Shown in pieces: positions 40,669 through 54,600 of a stretch of DNA of 64,000 nt. Where the stretch lies: assembly GCA_038496445.1 (NCBI GenBank), contig JALMLS010000577.1, positions 1,178,001-1,242,000 on the forward strand, written 5' to 3'. Position numbers and translations under genes: made by a program. Each line of letters begins with the position of its first letter. Position 1 is the first letter of the stretch. This DNA is from Trichosphaerium sp. ATCC 40318 (lineage: Eukaryota; Protista; Tubulinea). Under the pieces are notes generated by a model that ran no database searches, was not told the origin of the DNA, and saw only the letters and a program-made list of their open reading frames with translations.

Positions 40669-43600
40669 ATGGATAAGAATTGCACGCTACTAATCCACTC
40701 TGAGTTGTCAGAGAAGCTAAGCTCGAGTGTGCTTCGCCAACAACTACAGAAGGGCAAAGAGGAAGAAAAATGCGCCGCTTTAAAAAAAATCATACTGTTG
40801 ATGCTTCGTGGCGAAAAGTTACCAGAGTTGCTTATTCCTATCATACAATACGTAATACCTAGTAAAAACCACACAATCAAAAAATTGCTCTTAATCTACT
40901 GGGAAATCGTTGAAAAGACCTCTCCAGATGGCAAGCTGCTTCAAGAGATGATTTTAGCGTGGTACGTACTTTGCTGACGTAGAAGCGTCACAAAAAACTA
41001 AAAAACAAAAAATTCAACTATCCCAAACTAATGGTGCTTTTTCTCTCAGCAACGGACTCCTACAAGATTTGAACCACCCAAATGAATACATTAGAGGAAG
41101 CACTTGTAGATTTTTATGTAAGTTGCGTGAAGCAGACCTCCTTGTACCACTCGTCGATAGCGTACGACAAAATCTAGATCACAGACACTCATACGTCAGG
41201 TGCGAGTGACAACAGGCGAAATAACAACTTGTTAACGTTTTTAAAAGGCGAAATGCTGTACTCGCTGTGTACAGCATCTATAAGCAATTTGACCAACTCA
41301 TCCCAGACGCACCGACACTAATATACGAATTTTTGATGCAGGTACCTGCAACGTCGCCAGCAAGAATAATTTTTTTTACTGGCCCCACACGCAACCAACG
41401 CTCTAGTGGAGCGCCTTGTTTGTGGTTTTGTATTCTTTTTTTTTACATCACCAAAAAAAAATAAAACCTCAGGCTTCTGATTGTTTTTCATAGGAGGGTG
41501 ATCCTTCTTGTCAAAGGAATGCGTTCATTATGCTGTTTAATTGCGCGCAAGACAAGGCTGTTGAGTACCTTGTGTCGGTATGAAGTCACAATTTCTTGGT
41601 TTTTTATTTTTATTTCGAGTATTAATGAGACCATTTAGATCCTAGACCAAGCCGCGTCATTTGGCGAGCTCTTGCAGTTAATTATAATCGAAGTTATCCG
41701 TAAGGTGTGTCGTCAACACCCTGACGAGCGTGGTAAATATATGAGATGTATTTTTACGTTGCTATCTTCTGGCAGTCCTGCAGTTCAATTTGAAGCGAGT
41801 TCTACTTTGGTTTCTCTCTCTTCTGCCCCTACAGCTATCAAGGCCGCCGCATCTGCATACACAAGCATTCTGTGCAAGGTGTCAGACAACAATGTAAAAA
41901 TGATTTTGCTTGATCGTTTGAATGCTATCAAGCGTAACTTTGGTCGCATATTAGAAGACATGATCATGGATATTTTGAGAGCATTGGCAACGTGCGCGAT
42001 TTTTTTTTTATTTTTTTTTTTTATGATGCTTTATTTTAAACTTGACTTTGGTCTGTATCTTATATTTCGCGTAGACCAAATAAAGATATTCGACAAAAGA
42101 CTTTGGACATTGCTTTGGACTTAGTGACTCCTGGAAACATTACAGAAGTCGTACAACTATTAAAAAAAGAAATCCAAAAAACAGAGTCAGAAAGCGAAGA
42201 TAAGAAACAAGGCGCAGAGTACCGTGACATGTTGATCAAAGCTATCCACCAATGCGCTGTCAAATTTCCTGCTGTAGCGCAATCTGTTGTCCACACTCTG
42301 ATCGAGTTCGTTGGCGACACAAATACACAATCAGCTTATGATGTTGCTCGCTTTGTTAAAGAGGTACGCTTGATGTCCTTAGTGTTTAAAAATGTAAGTG
42401 TTTAATTTTTATTATAGGTTATACAAACGTATCCTGAGCTCCGTCAAGATCTGTTACATCGCTTGACAGACACAATGACACAAATCAAGTCAAGCAAGGT
42501 ACATGCTTCAGTTCTTTGGATTGTTGGCGAATACTCTGAGACTGCGGAAGATATTGAGCTCTCAAGTCAAGCAATCAGAGACAGTTTGGGTGACCCAACA
42601 TTTAAAGAGCTTGAGGAAGAGGAGGTAAGCTTTGTCACAAGGAAAAAAAATAACAAGAAAGAACAGAAAAGAAATGATTACGATTCTTACCTTTCACTTT
42701 AGCAAGACACCGAAGCTATAGTTCCAAAGGCTCCAGAAGTACTGGCAGATGGCACATACAAAACAGCCAGTGCCTTGGCAATGCGAGAGAAGACTACTTC
42801 TGGTGATAAGGCGCTTGATACATCGCTTCGTGGTCTGATTATTCGTGGCGATTTTTTCCTTTGCACAGCAGTGTGCAGCACTTTTGTAAAACTTGCACTC
42901 AAAGCAGAGAAAAAATTGGGTCTAGAGCATGCTAATACGCTCAATGCGTTGGTACTGTTATATCTTAACAGCTTCTTGCGGTTAGGAAAATCCAACGTTC
43001 CACCACAGCCTATGGACGAGGATAGTTATGGTATGTGCATTTGTTTTTGGTTACAACGGCCCCCCACTCTTTTTTCTTACGCTATGTTAGAGCGCATCTT
43101 ACAATGTATACGCATTCTCGAGACAAGGGATGAAAATGCTGTGGGCGTGTGCTTACAAGACTCCCGCAAATCATTTCAGCGACTGTTGGCTCACCAAATT
43201 GAAAAACGTGATGCCATAAAACGTGAACAAAATAAGGAAAACGAGGTGGTGATGCAAGCGGATGATATCATCAAAGTCGCTCAACTACGACCAAGGAGAA
43301 GCTACGGAAAATCAGAGGAGGCTCAAGACGAAGGTAAAAAAAAAAACCAAATAGCCCTTTTTGCTCATTTTTAGATTACCAAAACGTTTCTTTTTGTTTT
43401 GCAAGTTTTTGACAATGTACTAGATGAGCTAGATATTCGTAGTGCTACTGGTGCTGGCACAGGTCATGTTGACTTTCAAACACAATTGAAGAACATTCAC
43501 CAACTCACTGGCTTTTCAGACGCGATTTATGCTGAAGCTTTTGTCAATGTTAACCAATACGATATCGTTCTAGGTACGTCAATAAGCCTACTTCGCCCCT

Positions 43601-44430
43601 GTATTACAGATTAACGCTAACTTTTTGATTGACAGATGTCACACTTACAAATCAAACTGATGACACATTGCAACATTTGGTTCTTGAACTTGCTACTTTG
43701 GGTGACTTGAAACTTTGCGAGCGACCACAAGCGTATACACTTGGTCCTTTTGGCAAACTGAGCATCAAGTCTAACATTAAGGTGTGTTGTAGTGCTTTAT
43801 CCTCATATAACTTTTACAATTTGTGTTCTTTTTATTTGGCGTCTTTCTCAAGTCCATTCTAGGTATCCTCTACTGAGACTGGTGTTATATTTGGATCAAT
43901 TGTATACGACGTTGCAGGTAGCAGTCAAGATTTGGGCCGTAACTGTGTCGTGCTTAATGAAATCCAAATCGACATTATTGAAATGATTTTACCTGCCACA
44001 ACATCTGAATCTAACTTCCGCACAATGTGGGCAGAATTTGAGTGGGAGAACAAAGTTGCTGTAAATACTGACTTTACGTACGTGTTTGTCTATTTTTTAT
44101 TTGTGTTAATTTTTTGTGTTAGTAACCTTAAAGAGTTTTTGGATCACGTCACAGCCGCAACCAATATGAAGTGTTTGACATCTGATGCATCACTTCAGGA
44201 CGAGTGTGGATTCCTTGCTGCAAATATGTATGCAAGAACAGTGTTTGGTGAGGATGCATTGGCCAATATTTCTATTGAAAAACATGCCAATAAAATTATT
44301 GGTTTTATCCGGATTAGAAGCAAGACACAAGGTACACGATGATTTACCTGTTAAATTTTTACATGTTGTAGGTATTGCACTTTCATTGGGTGAAAAAATA
44401 ACTCAAAATCAAAAGATGCCAGCTGTTTAA
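40669..44430 (+). CDS. COPB1: Coatomer subunit beta (beta-COP)
   Basis: Motifs [49 protein letters not shown] and [14 protein letters not shown]. Confidence 0.98.
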
Positions 44431-44789
44431 TAAAATTACATTGTTACAATGTCAGAAAGTTAATTTGCTTACTTTACATTTGTTTAGTTGGTATTAAATG
44501 TTTTTTTTCCATCTTAATTGGTAGCAAGTTTTTTATATGTGTATAAATTATTGCTTTTGTTTGCAAATTTCATAGTGGTTATAATATATTCATAAGTGTT
44601 GTATACTTTTGAAACAGTAAAAAATAGTGGCATTACTTTTACAATAAACTGTAACAATGTGTATCCTACATTATGTATTTAACATTAAATTATATCTAGT
44701 TACAACACTAAATGATAACACAAAATATCTATAATCAAGTGGTAGCGCTAGCAATGCTTTAAGCAACTAATAGTATAAAAAATAGTTGA

Positions 44790-44915
44790 ACTCTTAACCC
44801 TAAGTTCTAATAACCTAACCCTAATAATGTGTAGGGTTGAAACCCTAGCCCTAACCCTGGTAAGCACAAATTAAATAATATTCATTAGGGTTGTAAACCT
44901 AACCCTAGCCCCTAA
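44790..44915. repeat. Degenerate interstitial telomere-like (CCCTAA)n repeats
   Basis: Clusters of taaccc/aaccctagccctaaccc. Confidence 0.7.
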
Positions 44916-44999
44916 GTTACAAATTCTAATTAGCACACCAAACCTTAGCTCTAATATACAAAAATAACGATTAAGATTATACCCTAGAAACCAATTAGG

Positions 45000-46126
45000 C
45001 AGTGGTAAATTTAAATCGGGGTTTTTAAGAGATTCCGTCTTAAAATTCTAAGGATTTATAAGTGGAAAATCTCTTCCTTTATTCCTATGGAATCCAAATG
45101 AAATTTCCTATGGAATCCAAATGGAATTCCTTAAAGAATCCAGACGGAATTCCTTAAGAATTAACAACAAAATTCCATAAGGATTAACAATGGAATTTCC
45201 AATGGATTTTTTATGAAATTCCAAACAAATTACCTTGAAATACTTTACAATATTTACATCAAGTCTTGTAGCACAAAATTCGTTTTATTTACCAATGATA
45301 ATTTAGTTACAAAATGCAAATGTTCCACACGCTATCATGTACAGGTCAAACTCATCAAATCTTTTCAATCTTTGGCCAAGAATTTTATCACACTTGGTAT
45401 TGCGATCATAAACTGCTAATAACACATTTGTAGAAGCTAAAATAAGAAAAGAGTAGTTTTTTGATAAATTAAATGGAAATAACCTTCAAAAACAACGTAT
45501 TGAGATTAATGCCCTAAATGCGTGTTCTAATGGTGTGTAAAAGCCATTGAAATGCTTTAAAAGCCTCAAAACGGATTAGTAAGCGATATAGAAATGTCGT
45601 TGCTAACGAAAATCACCAAAATACTTATCTCACTTACTTTTTGATTTAACGTCTTTTCGTTGTATCCATTGGTTTTCTACGCCAATAAAAGGGTGATGAT
45701 GTGGTTTACTAAAAAAAAACTTGGTTAGGTAAGGCTTTGATAGTTGTTGAAATAATGAATTTTCACCAAAAATATTTTTCAAAGGAATTCTCACAAAATC
45801 CATACGAGATTCTGTTAAAAATCCCTATGGAATTCCATTAAAAATCCCAAAGGAATTTTCTACAAAATCCATACGGAATTCCATTAAAAATTCCTTCAAG
45901 TATTCCCGTTGATATGCTGCCAACATTTGCCAATATTGTCATTTGAGATTTTTTTACAAATCCCAAGGAATTCCTTATTTTAATGGAATATAGCAGAAAT
46001 CCCATCAAAAATCCTATTGAAAATTCAGATTGCTTAGGGATTTTTTCCACAATTCCGTTAAAATCCTTAAAAAACACAGAATTTAACAGGATTTCAGAGG
46101 AAAATCCCGTTTTTAATTTATTACTG
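45000..46126. mobile_element. Non-autonomous TIR element, subfamily A copy 1
   Basis: Ends are CAGTGGTAAATTTAAATCGGG and CCCGTTTTTAATTTATTACTG, with GGAATTCC-like subterminal repeats. Flanks are GG/GG. Highly similar to 50373-51510. Confidence 0.85.
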
Positions 46127-46230
46127 GGGTTAGAGACTATGTGATTTTTGTTCACCAAATATCGCCTCGTACGGGCCATTGCGGGTAGGTGCGGAAATGC
46201 CAAAGGCATTTTCGTGCCTGAATTAATATA

Positions 46231-47675
46231 CAGGTCTGAAAATTATCATGGTATAATACCATATTTTATGGTATAATCACCTTTTATGGTACAAGCTCAG
46301 TATAATCCATAATTATACCATATAATTATACCATAAAATATGGTATAATACCATGTTTTTTGGACAAATGGTATAACAGCCATTATACCATGTTTATACC
46401 ATATCTCAATTTATAGAATATAATTACATAATATACAGTAATAAAATAGAAATGGGAATTTTTAAGTAATCCACCCTGTTTTCCTATGGGAAAAGTAGAC
46501 AGAAAAACTCTTTCTTCATTCCCATTGAATTTATATGAAATTCCGTAAGTATTATCCATAGAATTCTTAGAGTATTACTTTTGAAATTGCATATGTATTT
46601 TATATAGAATTCTCTATGTATTCTTTATAGCATTTCTTAATGTATTTTTTGTAGATTTCAATAAAAAATACTTTATAAATTACACAAATATTATTCAATA
46701 CTTTGGTTCAGATTTAATGCAAAGCCATTTTATTTATTGATCGTTACAAAATACAAACATCCTAAATAACACGTACAAGTTAAATACATCGTGTCTTCAT
46801 AAACGAAAGAAGTATTTGATCGCATTTGGTTTTGAGAGCCTGAACAATAATTAATGCATTTGTAAATGCTAAATTAAGAACACGTAGGGTTTTTTGATAA
46901 ATTAAGTGGAAATAAGCTTTAAAAACAACAAACTTGGAGTTAATGCTTTAAATACATTCTTTAATGGTGTAATAAGGTTGCAATGCTTTAATCATCCTAA
47001 AACAGATAAGTAAGAGATATTTATGTTTAAGTGATTTTCCAAACCACCTAAAACACGTTCTCCGTTACTTTTTGGATTAACACACTTTAACTTGTACCAT
47101 TGGTTTTTTCACCTTTAATAATAGCATGTAGATATTGTTCACTAGAAAAATCTATGTACCTAAGGTGTCAATGGTTTTTTGCAAATATAAAACTAAACCC
47201 TAACCCTAACTTAATTTGTACTTTCATAAACCTCAACCCTAGCCCTAACCCTAACCCTAACTAAATTAGTACATTATTTGGTGGATTTTGTACAATAATT
47301 CTGGAAATTACGTATTTAAGGGAATATTATGGTAATTCTATCAAAAATCCTGCCATAAAAAAAAAAATAAATAAGAATTCTTCACAAATTACCTTAAAAA
47401 TCCCTAAAACAAAGGAATTTAGTGGGATTTATATCCAAAATCCCGTTTTCATTTTACCACTGTATACCATAAAACATGGTACTATACCATGGTATTATAC
47501 CACATTTTACAGTATATTATACCATGCATTATACCATATAATTATACCATAAAACATGGTACTATACCATGGTATTATACTGCATTTTAAAGTATATTAT
47601 ACCATATAATTATACTGTAAAACATGGTACTATACCATGGTATTATACTGTAATTTAAAGTACATTATACCACAA
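46231..47675. mobile_element. ATACCAT/ATGGTAT subterminal-repeat element (family C), starting CAGGTCTGAAAATT and interrupted by element B1
   Basis: Arrays of ataccat/atggtat lie on both sides of the B1 insertion. The right end is unclear. Confidence 0.6.
46436..47462. mobile_element. Non-autonomous TIR element, subfamily B copy 1, carrying internal telomere-like repeats
   Basis: Ends are CAGTAATAAAATAGAAATGGGA and TCCCGTTTTCATTTTACCACTG. Flanks are TA/TA. Highly similar to 48962-49986. Confidence 0.85.
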
Positions 47676-48961
47676 CACCTAATTTTCTGTTAGGGTTAGG
47701 GTTAATGTGTTGTATTTCTGTTTTACCTTACCTTCAGTCCTTGTGTTTGGATTATCTGTTACAGCACTTAAAACCCTTTCAAATGTGTAATACATTGTTT
47801 TGTGAAGGTAGTTCAGCAACTAAAGGGTAAGCATACACTTAAACAGCAAAACTGACTAAAACACATTCTCTGGGACACACTGCACATATAGTGCTTGTTA
47901 GTTGCACTTTTTGTATTATAACATGCTTATTCCACTAATTATTCTAAATAGCATACCAAGGCATTCAACACATCATTGAGGGGTCAGAGAAGTGGCTAAT
48001 AATAGTGGTAATTGTCCACGGAAGGTAAAACGCTAAATCTAACATTTGTTGTTCAAAAATGTGCTAACAGGGCGTAGTGTGGCCTTGAACACAGGCAAAA
48101 GGCAGTTGTGGAGTAATTGGCACTCAACAAAGGTACACACTCTGCAAAGGACATACTTTGCTTGTCGGAACCTTTTAAATGCGTTTATGGTGTAATCGGC
48201 ACATACTCAGCGCATAATCGGCGTTTGTGAAAAAAACCTCCATCGAATGTTTTTGTACCCACCCTGAGATTTTTTTTTCTTCTTAAACGCATTTTTATGC
48301 GTAATAAATGCCATCCGGGCTAAATCTACCAAAACTTGCCTGAAATTATTTGGTTTTTTTTGAAATCCTTAAAAAGTACTCCAATGTGTGTTAAACCACC
48401 TTTTTATTGTAAAAGCATAGTTGTTTACACACCCACCTTTTTTCATATTATTTTGTTTTTTTTGGAATTTTGAGATTTTCTCAATTTTTTTTTTACTGGC
48501 TGTTTGCGCTCACTGATATGAGTAGCATTTAGGTTTTATACCAACGTGCTGTGTTGAATATCCAATATGCCAATAAGTAACTAAGTTAAGGCATGCTACT
48601 AAGTCTCAACTGGTCCGTCGCTCACACAACACCAGGTACGCTACTAGATAGTTGCTTTAAAGGTGTTTGAAAGGTCTTACAGGCTAATTAGGTGTTAATT
48701 AAAAAAAACCTGAAGATGAGTTAGCTGTAGGCAGGTACGATCACCTTGAAACGTGTTTTGGATAAAATTTGGCAATTTTTTTATTTTTTTTTTATGTAGT
48801 TTGATTTTGGCACCACTGCATGGGCCGCAAGCAAGATTTGGTACCATTGCCATGACAAAACAAAAGGTTTTATATGTTCATTCATTTTGTGCATCATAAA
48901 ATTGTAGGTAAAGTCATTGTTAACTTTTTTTGTAGTTCATTTCGCGCTGTGGTAAAGACAT

Positions 48962-49986
48962 CAGTAGTAAAATAGAAATGGAATTTTTAAGTAATCCACC
49001 CTGTTTTCCTATGGGAAAAGTAGACGGAAAAACTCTTCCTTAATTCCCATTGAATTTATATGAAATTCCGTAAGTATTACTCATAGAATTCTTAGAGTAT
49101 TACTTTTGGAATTGTGTATGTATTTTATATAGAATTCTCTATGTATTCTTTATAGCATTTCTTAATGTATTTTTTGTAGATTTCAATAAAAAATACTTTA
49201 TAAATTACACAAAATATTATTTGATACTTTGGTTCAGATTTAATGCAAAGTCATTTTATTTATTGATCATTACAAAATACAAACATCCTAAATAATACGT
49301 ACAAGTTAAATACATCGTGTCTTCATAAACAAAAGAAGTAATTTGATTGCATTTGGTTTGAGAGCCTGAACAATAATTAATGCGTTTGTAAACGCTAAAT
49401 TAAGAACGCGTAGGTTTTTGATAAATTAAGTGGAAATAAGCTTTAAAAACAATGTACTTGGAGTTAATGCTTTAAATACATTCTTTAATGGTGTAATAAG
49501 GCTGTTGCAATGCTTTAATCATCCTAAAACAGATAAGTAAGAGATATTTATGTTTAAGTGATTTTCCAAACCACCTAAAATGCATTCTCCATTACTTTTG
49601 GATTAACGCACTTTAACCTGTACCATTGGTTTTTTCACCTTTAATAATAGCATGTGGATATTGTTCGCTAGAAAAACCTATGTACCTAAGGTGTTGATGG
49701 TTTTTTGCAAATATAAAACTAAACCCTAACCCTAACTTAATTTCTACTTTCATAAACCTCAACCCTAGCCCTAACCCTAACCCTAACTAAATTAGTACAT
49801 TATTTGGTGGATTTTGTTCAATAATTCTGAAAATTCCGTATTTAAGGGAATATTATGGTAATTCTATCAAAAATCCTGCCATAAAAAAATAAAAATAAGA
49901 ATTCTTCACAAATTACCTTAAAAATCCCTAAAACAAAGGAATTTAGTGGGATTTATATCCAAAATCCCGTTTTCATTTTACCACTG
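48962..49986. mobile_element. Non-autonomous TIR element, subfamily B copy 2
   Basis: Same TIRs and body as B1. Flanks are AT/AT. Confidence 0.85.
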
Positions 49987-50039
49987 ATGTTTTTGAATGT
50001 CAGAATGGAATTTAGTGAAGGTACATTGGTTTCTTTTAG

Positions 50040-51652
50040 ATCACTGGATAATATGATGGATTGTACTGTAAAAACAACGACAAATGTAAATAAATTGTTG
50101 GTACAAGTACCACAAATTGTGGTATAATGTACAAAGTTTTATGGTATATTGTACTGGTTATTGTGGTAAAATATACCACACTTCATGGTATATTGCAACC
50201 ATGTTTTGTGGTATAATATACCAAGTTTTATGGTATAATATACCAAGCTTTATGGTATTATACTATGTTTTATACCATGTTTTATGGTAGAATTATACCA
50301 TATATTGCATTTTTTCAGGTGAAAAAATATGGTATAAATTCGCACTTTCTACTGCATATTTATGGTATAATTCAGTGGTAAATTTAAATCGGGGTTTTTA
50401 AGGGATTCCGTCTTAAAATCCTAAGGATTTATAAGCGGAAAATCTCTTCCTTTATTCCTATGGAATCCGGACGGAATTCCCTATGGAATCCGAATGGAAT
50501 TCCCTATGGAATCCGGATGGAATTCCTTAAAAAATCCGGACAGAATTCCTTAAGGATTAACAACAGAATTCCCAATGGATTTTTTATGAAATTCCAAACA
50601 AATTACCTTGAAATACTTTACAATATTTACATCAAGTCTTGTAGCACAAAATTCGTTTTATTTACCAATGATAATTTAGTTACGAAACGCAAATGTTCCA
50701 CACGCTATCGTGTACAGGTCAAACTCATCAAATCTTTCCAATCTTTGGCCAAGAATTTTATCGCACCTGGTATCGCAATCATAAATTGCTAATAACGCAT
50801 TCATAGAAGCTAAAATAAGAAAAGAGTAGTTTTTTGATAAATTAAATGGAAATAACCTTCAAAAACAACGTACTTGAGATTAATGCCCTAAATGCGTGTC
50901 CTAGTGGTGTGTAAAGGCCTTTGAAATGCTTTACAAGCCTCAAAACGGATTAGTAAGCGATATAGAAATATCGCTGCTAACGAAAATCACCAAAATACTT
51001 ATCTCACTTACTTTTTGATTAAACGTCTTTTCGTTGTATCCATTGGTTTTTTACACCAATAAAAGGGTGACGATGTGGTTTACTAAAAAAAAACTTGGTT
51101 AGGTAAGGCTTTGATAGTTGTCGAAATAATGAATAATTTTGAATTTTCACCAAAAATATTTTTCAAAGGAATTCTCACAAAATCCATACGGAATTTCGTT
51201 AAAAATCCCTATGGAATTCCATTAAAAATCCCAAGGGAATTCCCTACAAAATCCATACGGAATTCCGTTAAAAATCCCTTCAATTATTCCCGTTGATATG
51301 CTGCCAACATTTGCCAATAATGTTGTTTGGGATTTTTTTACAAATTCCAAGGAATTCCTTATTTTAATGGAATATAGCAGAAATCCCATCAAAAATCCAA
51401 TCGAAAATTCAGATTGCTTAGGGATTTTTTCCACAATTCCGCTAAAATCCTTAAAAAACACGGAATTTAACAGGATTCCAGAGGCAAATCCCATTTTTAA
51501 TTTACTACTGAATTTGGCTGTTTCATGGTATAAATCCTTTGATTTATGGTATATTATACTGGAATTTGTGGTATAAAATTGTAATCAATGGTATAATTAT
51601 ACCACAAATCCATGGTATCTACCATAAAAACAGCTTAAAAATTTTAGACCTG
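50040..51652. mobile_element. Family C ATGGTAT-repeat element ending AAAATTTTAGACCTG, interrupted by element A2
   Basis: atggtat arrays flank A2. The right end is nearly the reverse complement of the end at 46231. Confidence 0.6.
50373..51510. mobile_element. Non-autonomous TIR element, subfamily A copy 2
   Basis: Ends are CAGTGGTAAATTTAAATCGGG and CCCATTTTTAATTTACTACTG. Flanks are AATT/AATT. Confidence 0.85.
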
Positions 51653-54600
51653 TCCAGCTTGGATGTTCTTATCCATAGCATTGCAAAATTGAGCGATAGG
51701 TTTGCGGGATAAGGTGTTGGCATCGGTGTGGTTAATACCTTTTTTATATACAACATTAAAGTCGTATTGCTGAATTTCCATCAGCCACCGTGCTACCACA
51801 TCTCGCGGATCTTTTAGAGTATGCAAGTATTTTAATGGTTTGTGATCAGAGTACACGATTAATTTAAAATTCGAAAATGATAAATAACCACGGAATTCTC
51901 TGAGAGCCATTACTATACCCAAGCATTCTCTATCAATTGTAGAGTATCGACGCTGGGAATCGTTAAACGTATAGCTGTAATAAGCTATCACATGTTGCTT
52001 TCCTTCATGGCGTTGAACCAAAGTTCCTCCACATGCACGTCCCGAAGCGTCAACATGTATTTCAAAAGGTTTCTCGAAATCAGGATGTCGAAGTATAGGC
52101 GGAGTCATCAGCGCTAACTTCAGACTAAGGAACGCTCTATCACATTCAGACGTCCATATCCAAGGAGTATCCTTCTTTCGGAGGTCATTTAAAGGAGCCG
52201 CTTTGCGTGCGTAATTTGCAACGAATTTTCGATAGTATCCCGTAATACCCAAAAATGATTCAAGTTCCTTGATATCATTAGGGCGTTTAGCATCTGCTAT
52301 CGCTTTGATAATGCGTGGATTAGTAGCTACTCCATCAGCAGTTACTACATGACCGAGGAACTCAATGCTATGTCGAAATAAAACGGATTTACTCGCTTTC
52401 AGTTTAACGTTATACTTGCGTAATCGGTCGAACATGAGTTTGAGATGTACAAGGTGGTCATCAAAGCTATCACTGAATATAATAATGTCATCGACGTAAC
52501 ATAGGCATACCTGCCATAGTAAACCTGATAACATTAAATTCATATGACGCTGAAATGTAGCTTGTGCATTTTTGAGTCCGAAAGGCATTCCCATAAACTC
52601 AAAGAGTCCCCAGCGAGTTGCAAAAGCTGTTTTGCACCTATGTGCAGGATGCATTGGTATTTGCCAATAGCCAGCTACAGCATCGAACGAGCTAAAGTAT
52701 TTGGCTCGATTCAACGCGTTTAAAAGATCTTTAACCCGTGGTAGTGGGTGTACATCTTTAGCTGTAACTTTATTTAGAGCTCGAAAATCTATACAAACAC
52801 GCCAAGCTCCCGAAGGTTTACGTACAATCACTACAGGCGAACTTCATGATGACTTGGAATGTCGTATGACGCCATCTTTAAGCATCTTATCTACCTCCTT
52901 ACGTAAGATTTTCTCTTTGTTAGGATTAAGGTGTCGATAAGGAATACTAATGGGTCTCATGTCCGCAGGTGTATCAATGAAGTGTTCAACTCCTTTGACA
53001 CGCCCAGGTTGTTCGAGGTTTTCAGTAGCTCTGTTCAGATACTGAGCTAAAAGATAATAAGTACGTTCTTTCTGATCTTCAGAAATATCCGATCGTTCAA
53101 GTGTGTACATATCTTTAGCTTTTTTCAGCATTTCTGGTGTAACTTGCTTTTTGGTTTCATTGATAATTCGAAGCTCTTTGTCGTAGTCAATGTCAAGGAT
53201 ATTGATTTCTTGCGTTTCATCAATTGCGGTAAATCGCGCAATGCGATAGCCACGTGGTATACGCATATCTTTGTTATAACCATTTAATACTCGTATAGGT
53301 ACCATATTTTTAGTTACTCTACTCAGTGAGGCGGCGAGTTGTATTCCCGTATCGGTTAACAACTGTGAGTGACCATCTAACTCCAATGCCTTAACTGTTT
53401 GTACTACACCTAGTTTACTAACAATAGGAGACGAAACTTTAGCGAATACTGTGACTTGTGACAATTTAGGTATGATAATATCATTCGCAGCAATAATCAG
53501 CGCTTCACCCTCTTTGTAAGCCTTAGTACGCGTTTGCGTCATCCTAATCGTAGTTCCCTTGGCTGTACGTAACTGTCCTTTAGCAAAATCAATGGTTAAT
53601 TGATTGCCTACCAGCATATTCATACCTAACAACAATGGGAACTTAAAGTTTTTCATAATATGACATTTAACTGTGAAATTTTCACTACCTATTCGAATAG
53701 GTAACTCTATTATGCCCATTGATGTCATTGGTTGGTTGTCAGCTGTAAATACGGGACTGGTTTTAACCCTTTGGATTAATGAATGCAAGTGTAAGTCGTT
53801 AACTAACTTGTAGCTAACTATACTAACCGAAGCACCCGAATCGAGTATGGCATTAACAGTAGATCTATTAACTACGACATTGGCTTTGGCTATGCTGTAT
53901 GAGTAGGTAGGTACATTGATATTATCGATGTCCATAACCACTTTACTAGCATGCATATACGCGAGGTTGATGTAACCTGTGGAAGTTGGATTATTATCAT
54001 ATTCTATGGATTTAGGAATATTTTGAGAATTTGGATTATTATGATACGTGATATTCGCATCTTTGTGATTATTTTTCTCATGATTATTTAACGCGTTGGG
54101 GTTGTCGTGTTTTTTAATAAAAGGATTATTTTTGTTATTGATATTTTTGTTATTCACCGACAAAGGATAAGGACCCCAATATTTATTTTGATTGTTATTC
54201 GCGTTTTGATACAAAGGATAAGACTGCTGTTGATTTGACGCAGTAGGATTATTGTTGGATGGAGGATGGTAAGAACCATCAGGATTGAGCAGTCTAGCGA
54301 TATTTTTGTCATCTAAGATAAGGGCCATATGGTTACCTTGACCAGAGAGACTGAATACGTAAGAAAGGTACACTGACTCTCTCTTAGCCGTCAACTTTGT
54401 CCTGCACTCTTGCGCAAGGTGACCACCCACACGACACCTTTCACACGGTACTTGAAAGTTGACACGATCAAGCGGTGGACCTGATTTGTTCCTGTCACGA
54501 TGCATGACATAACCAGGAGGTGGTTGTTGGAAATGACAAATTCTCAAATTGTAATGTCGATTACGCCGTTTGGGTCTAGGTCGTTTTTGTTGATAAGGCT

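Noticed and set aside
44790-44915. Possible true chromosome end
   Set aside because: The repeats are short and degenerate, with ordinary genes on both sides.
46245-47675. Regular ATACCAT arrays resembling a CRISPR or satellite
   Set aside because: The context is eukaryotic, with no constant-length repeat/unique-spacer structure and no cas genes. The arrays fit transposon subterminal repeats.
45213-51576. Short ORFs in the repeat island (e.g. 45213-45419, 45838-46209, 50460-50792, 51298-51576)
   Set aside because: They arise from repetitive GGAATTCC-type sequence within duplicated elements, differ in length between copies and show no transposase motifs.
52844-52846. In-frame TGA at a conserved Trp in pol, suggesting TGA=Trp recoding or programmed readthrough
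   Set aside because: Host genes here (eIF2A, VIT-vWA, hexokinase, RhoGAP) end in TGA, other Trp codons are TGG, and the element has other lesions. A nonsense mutation is the simplest explanation.
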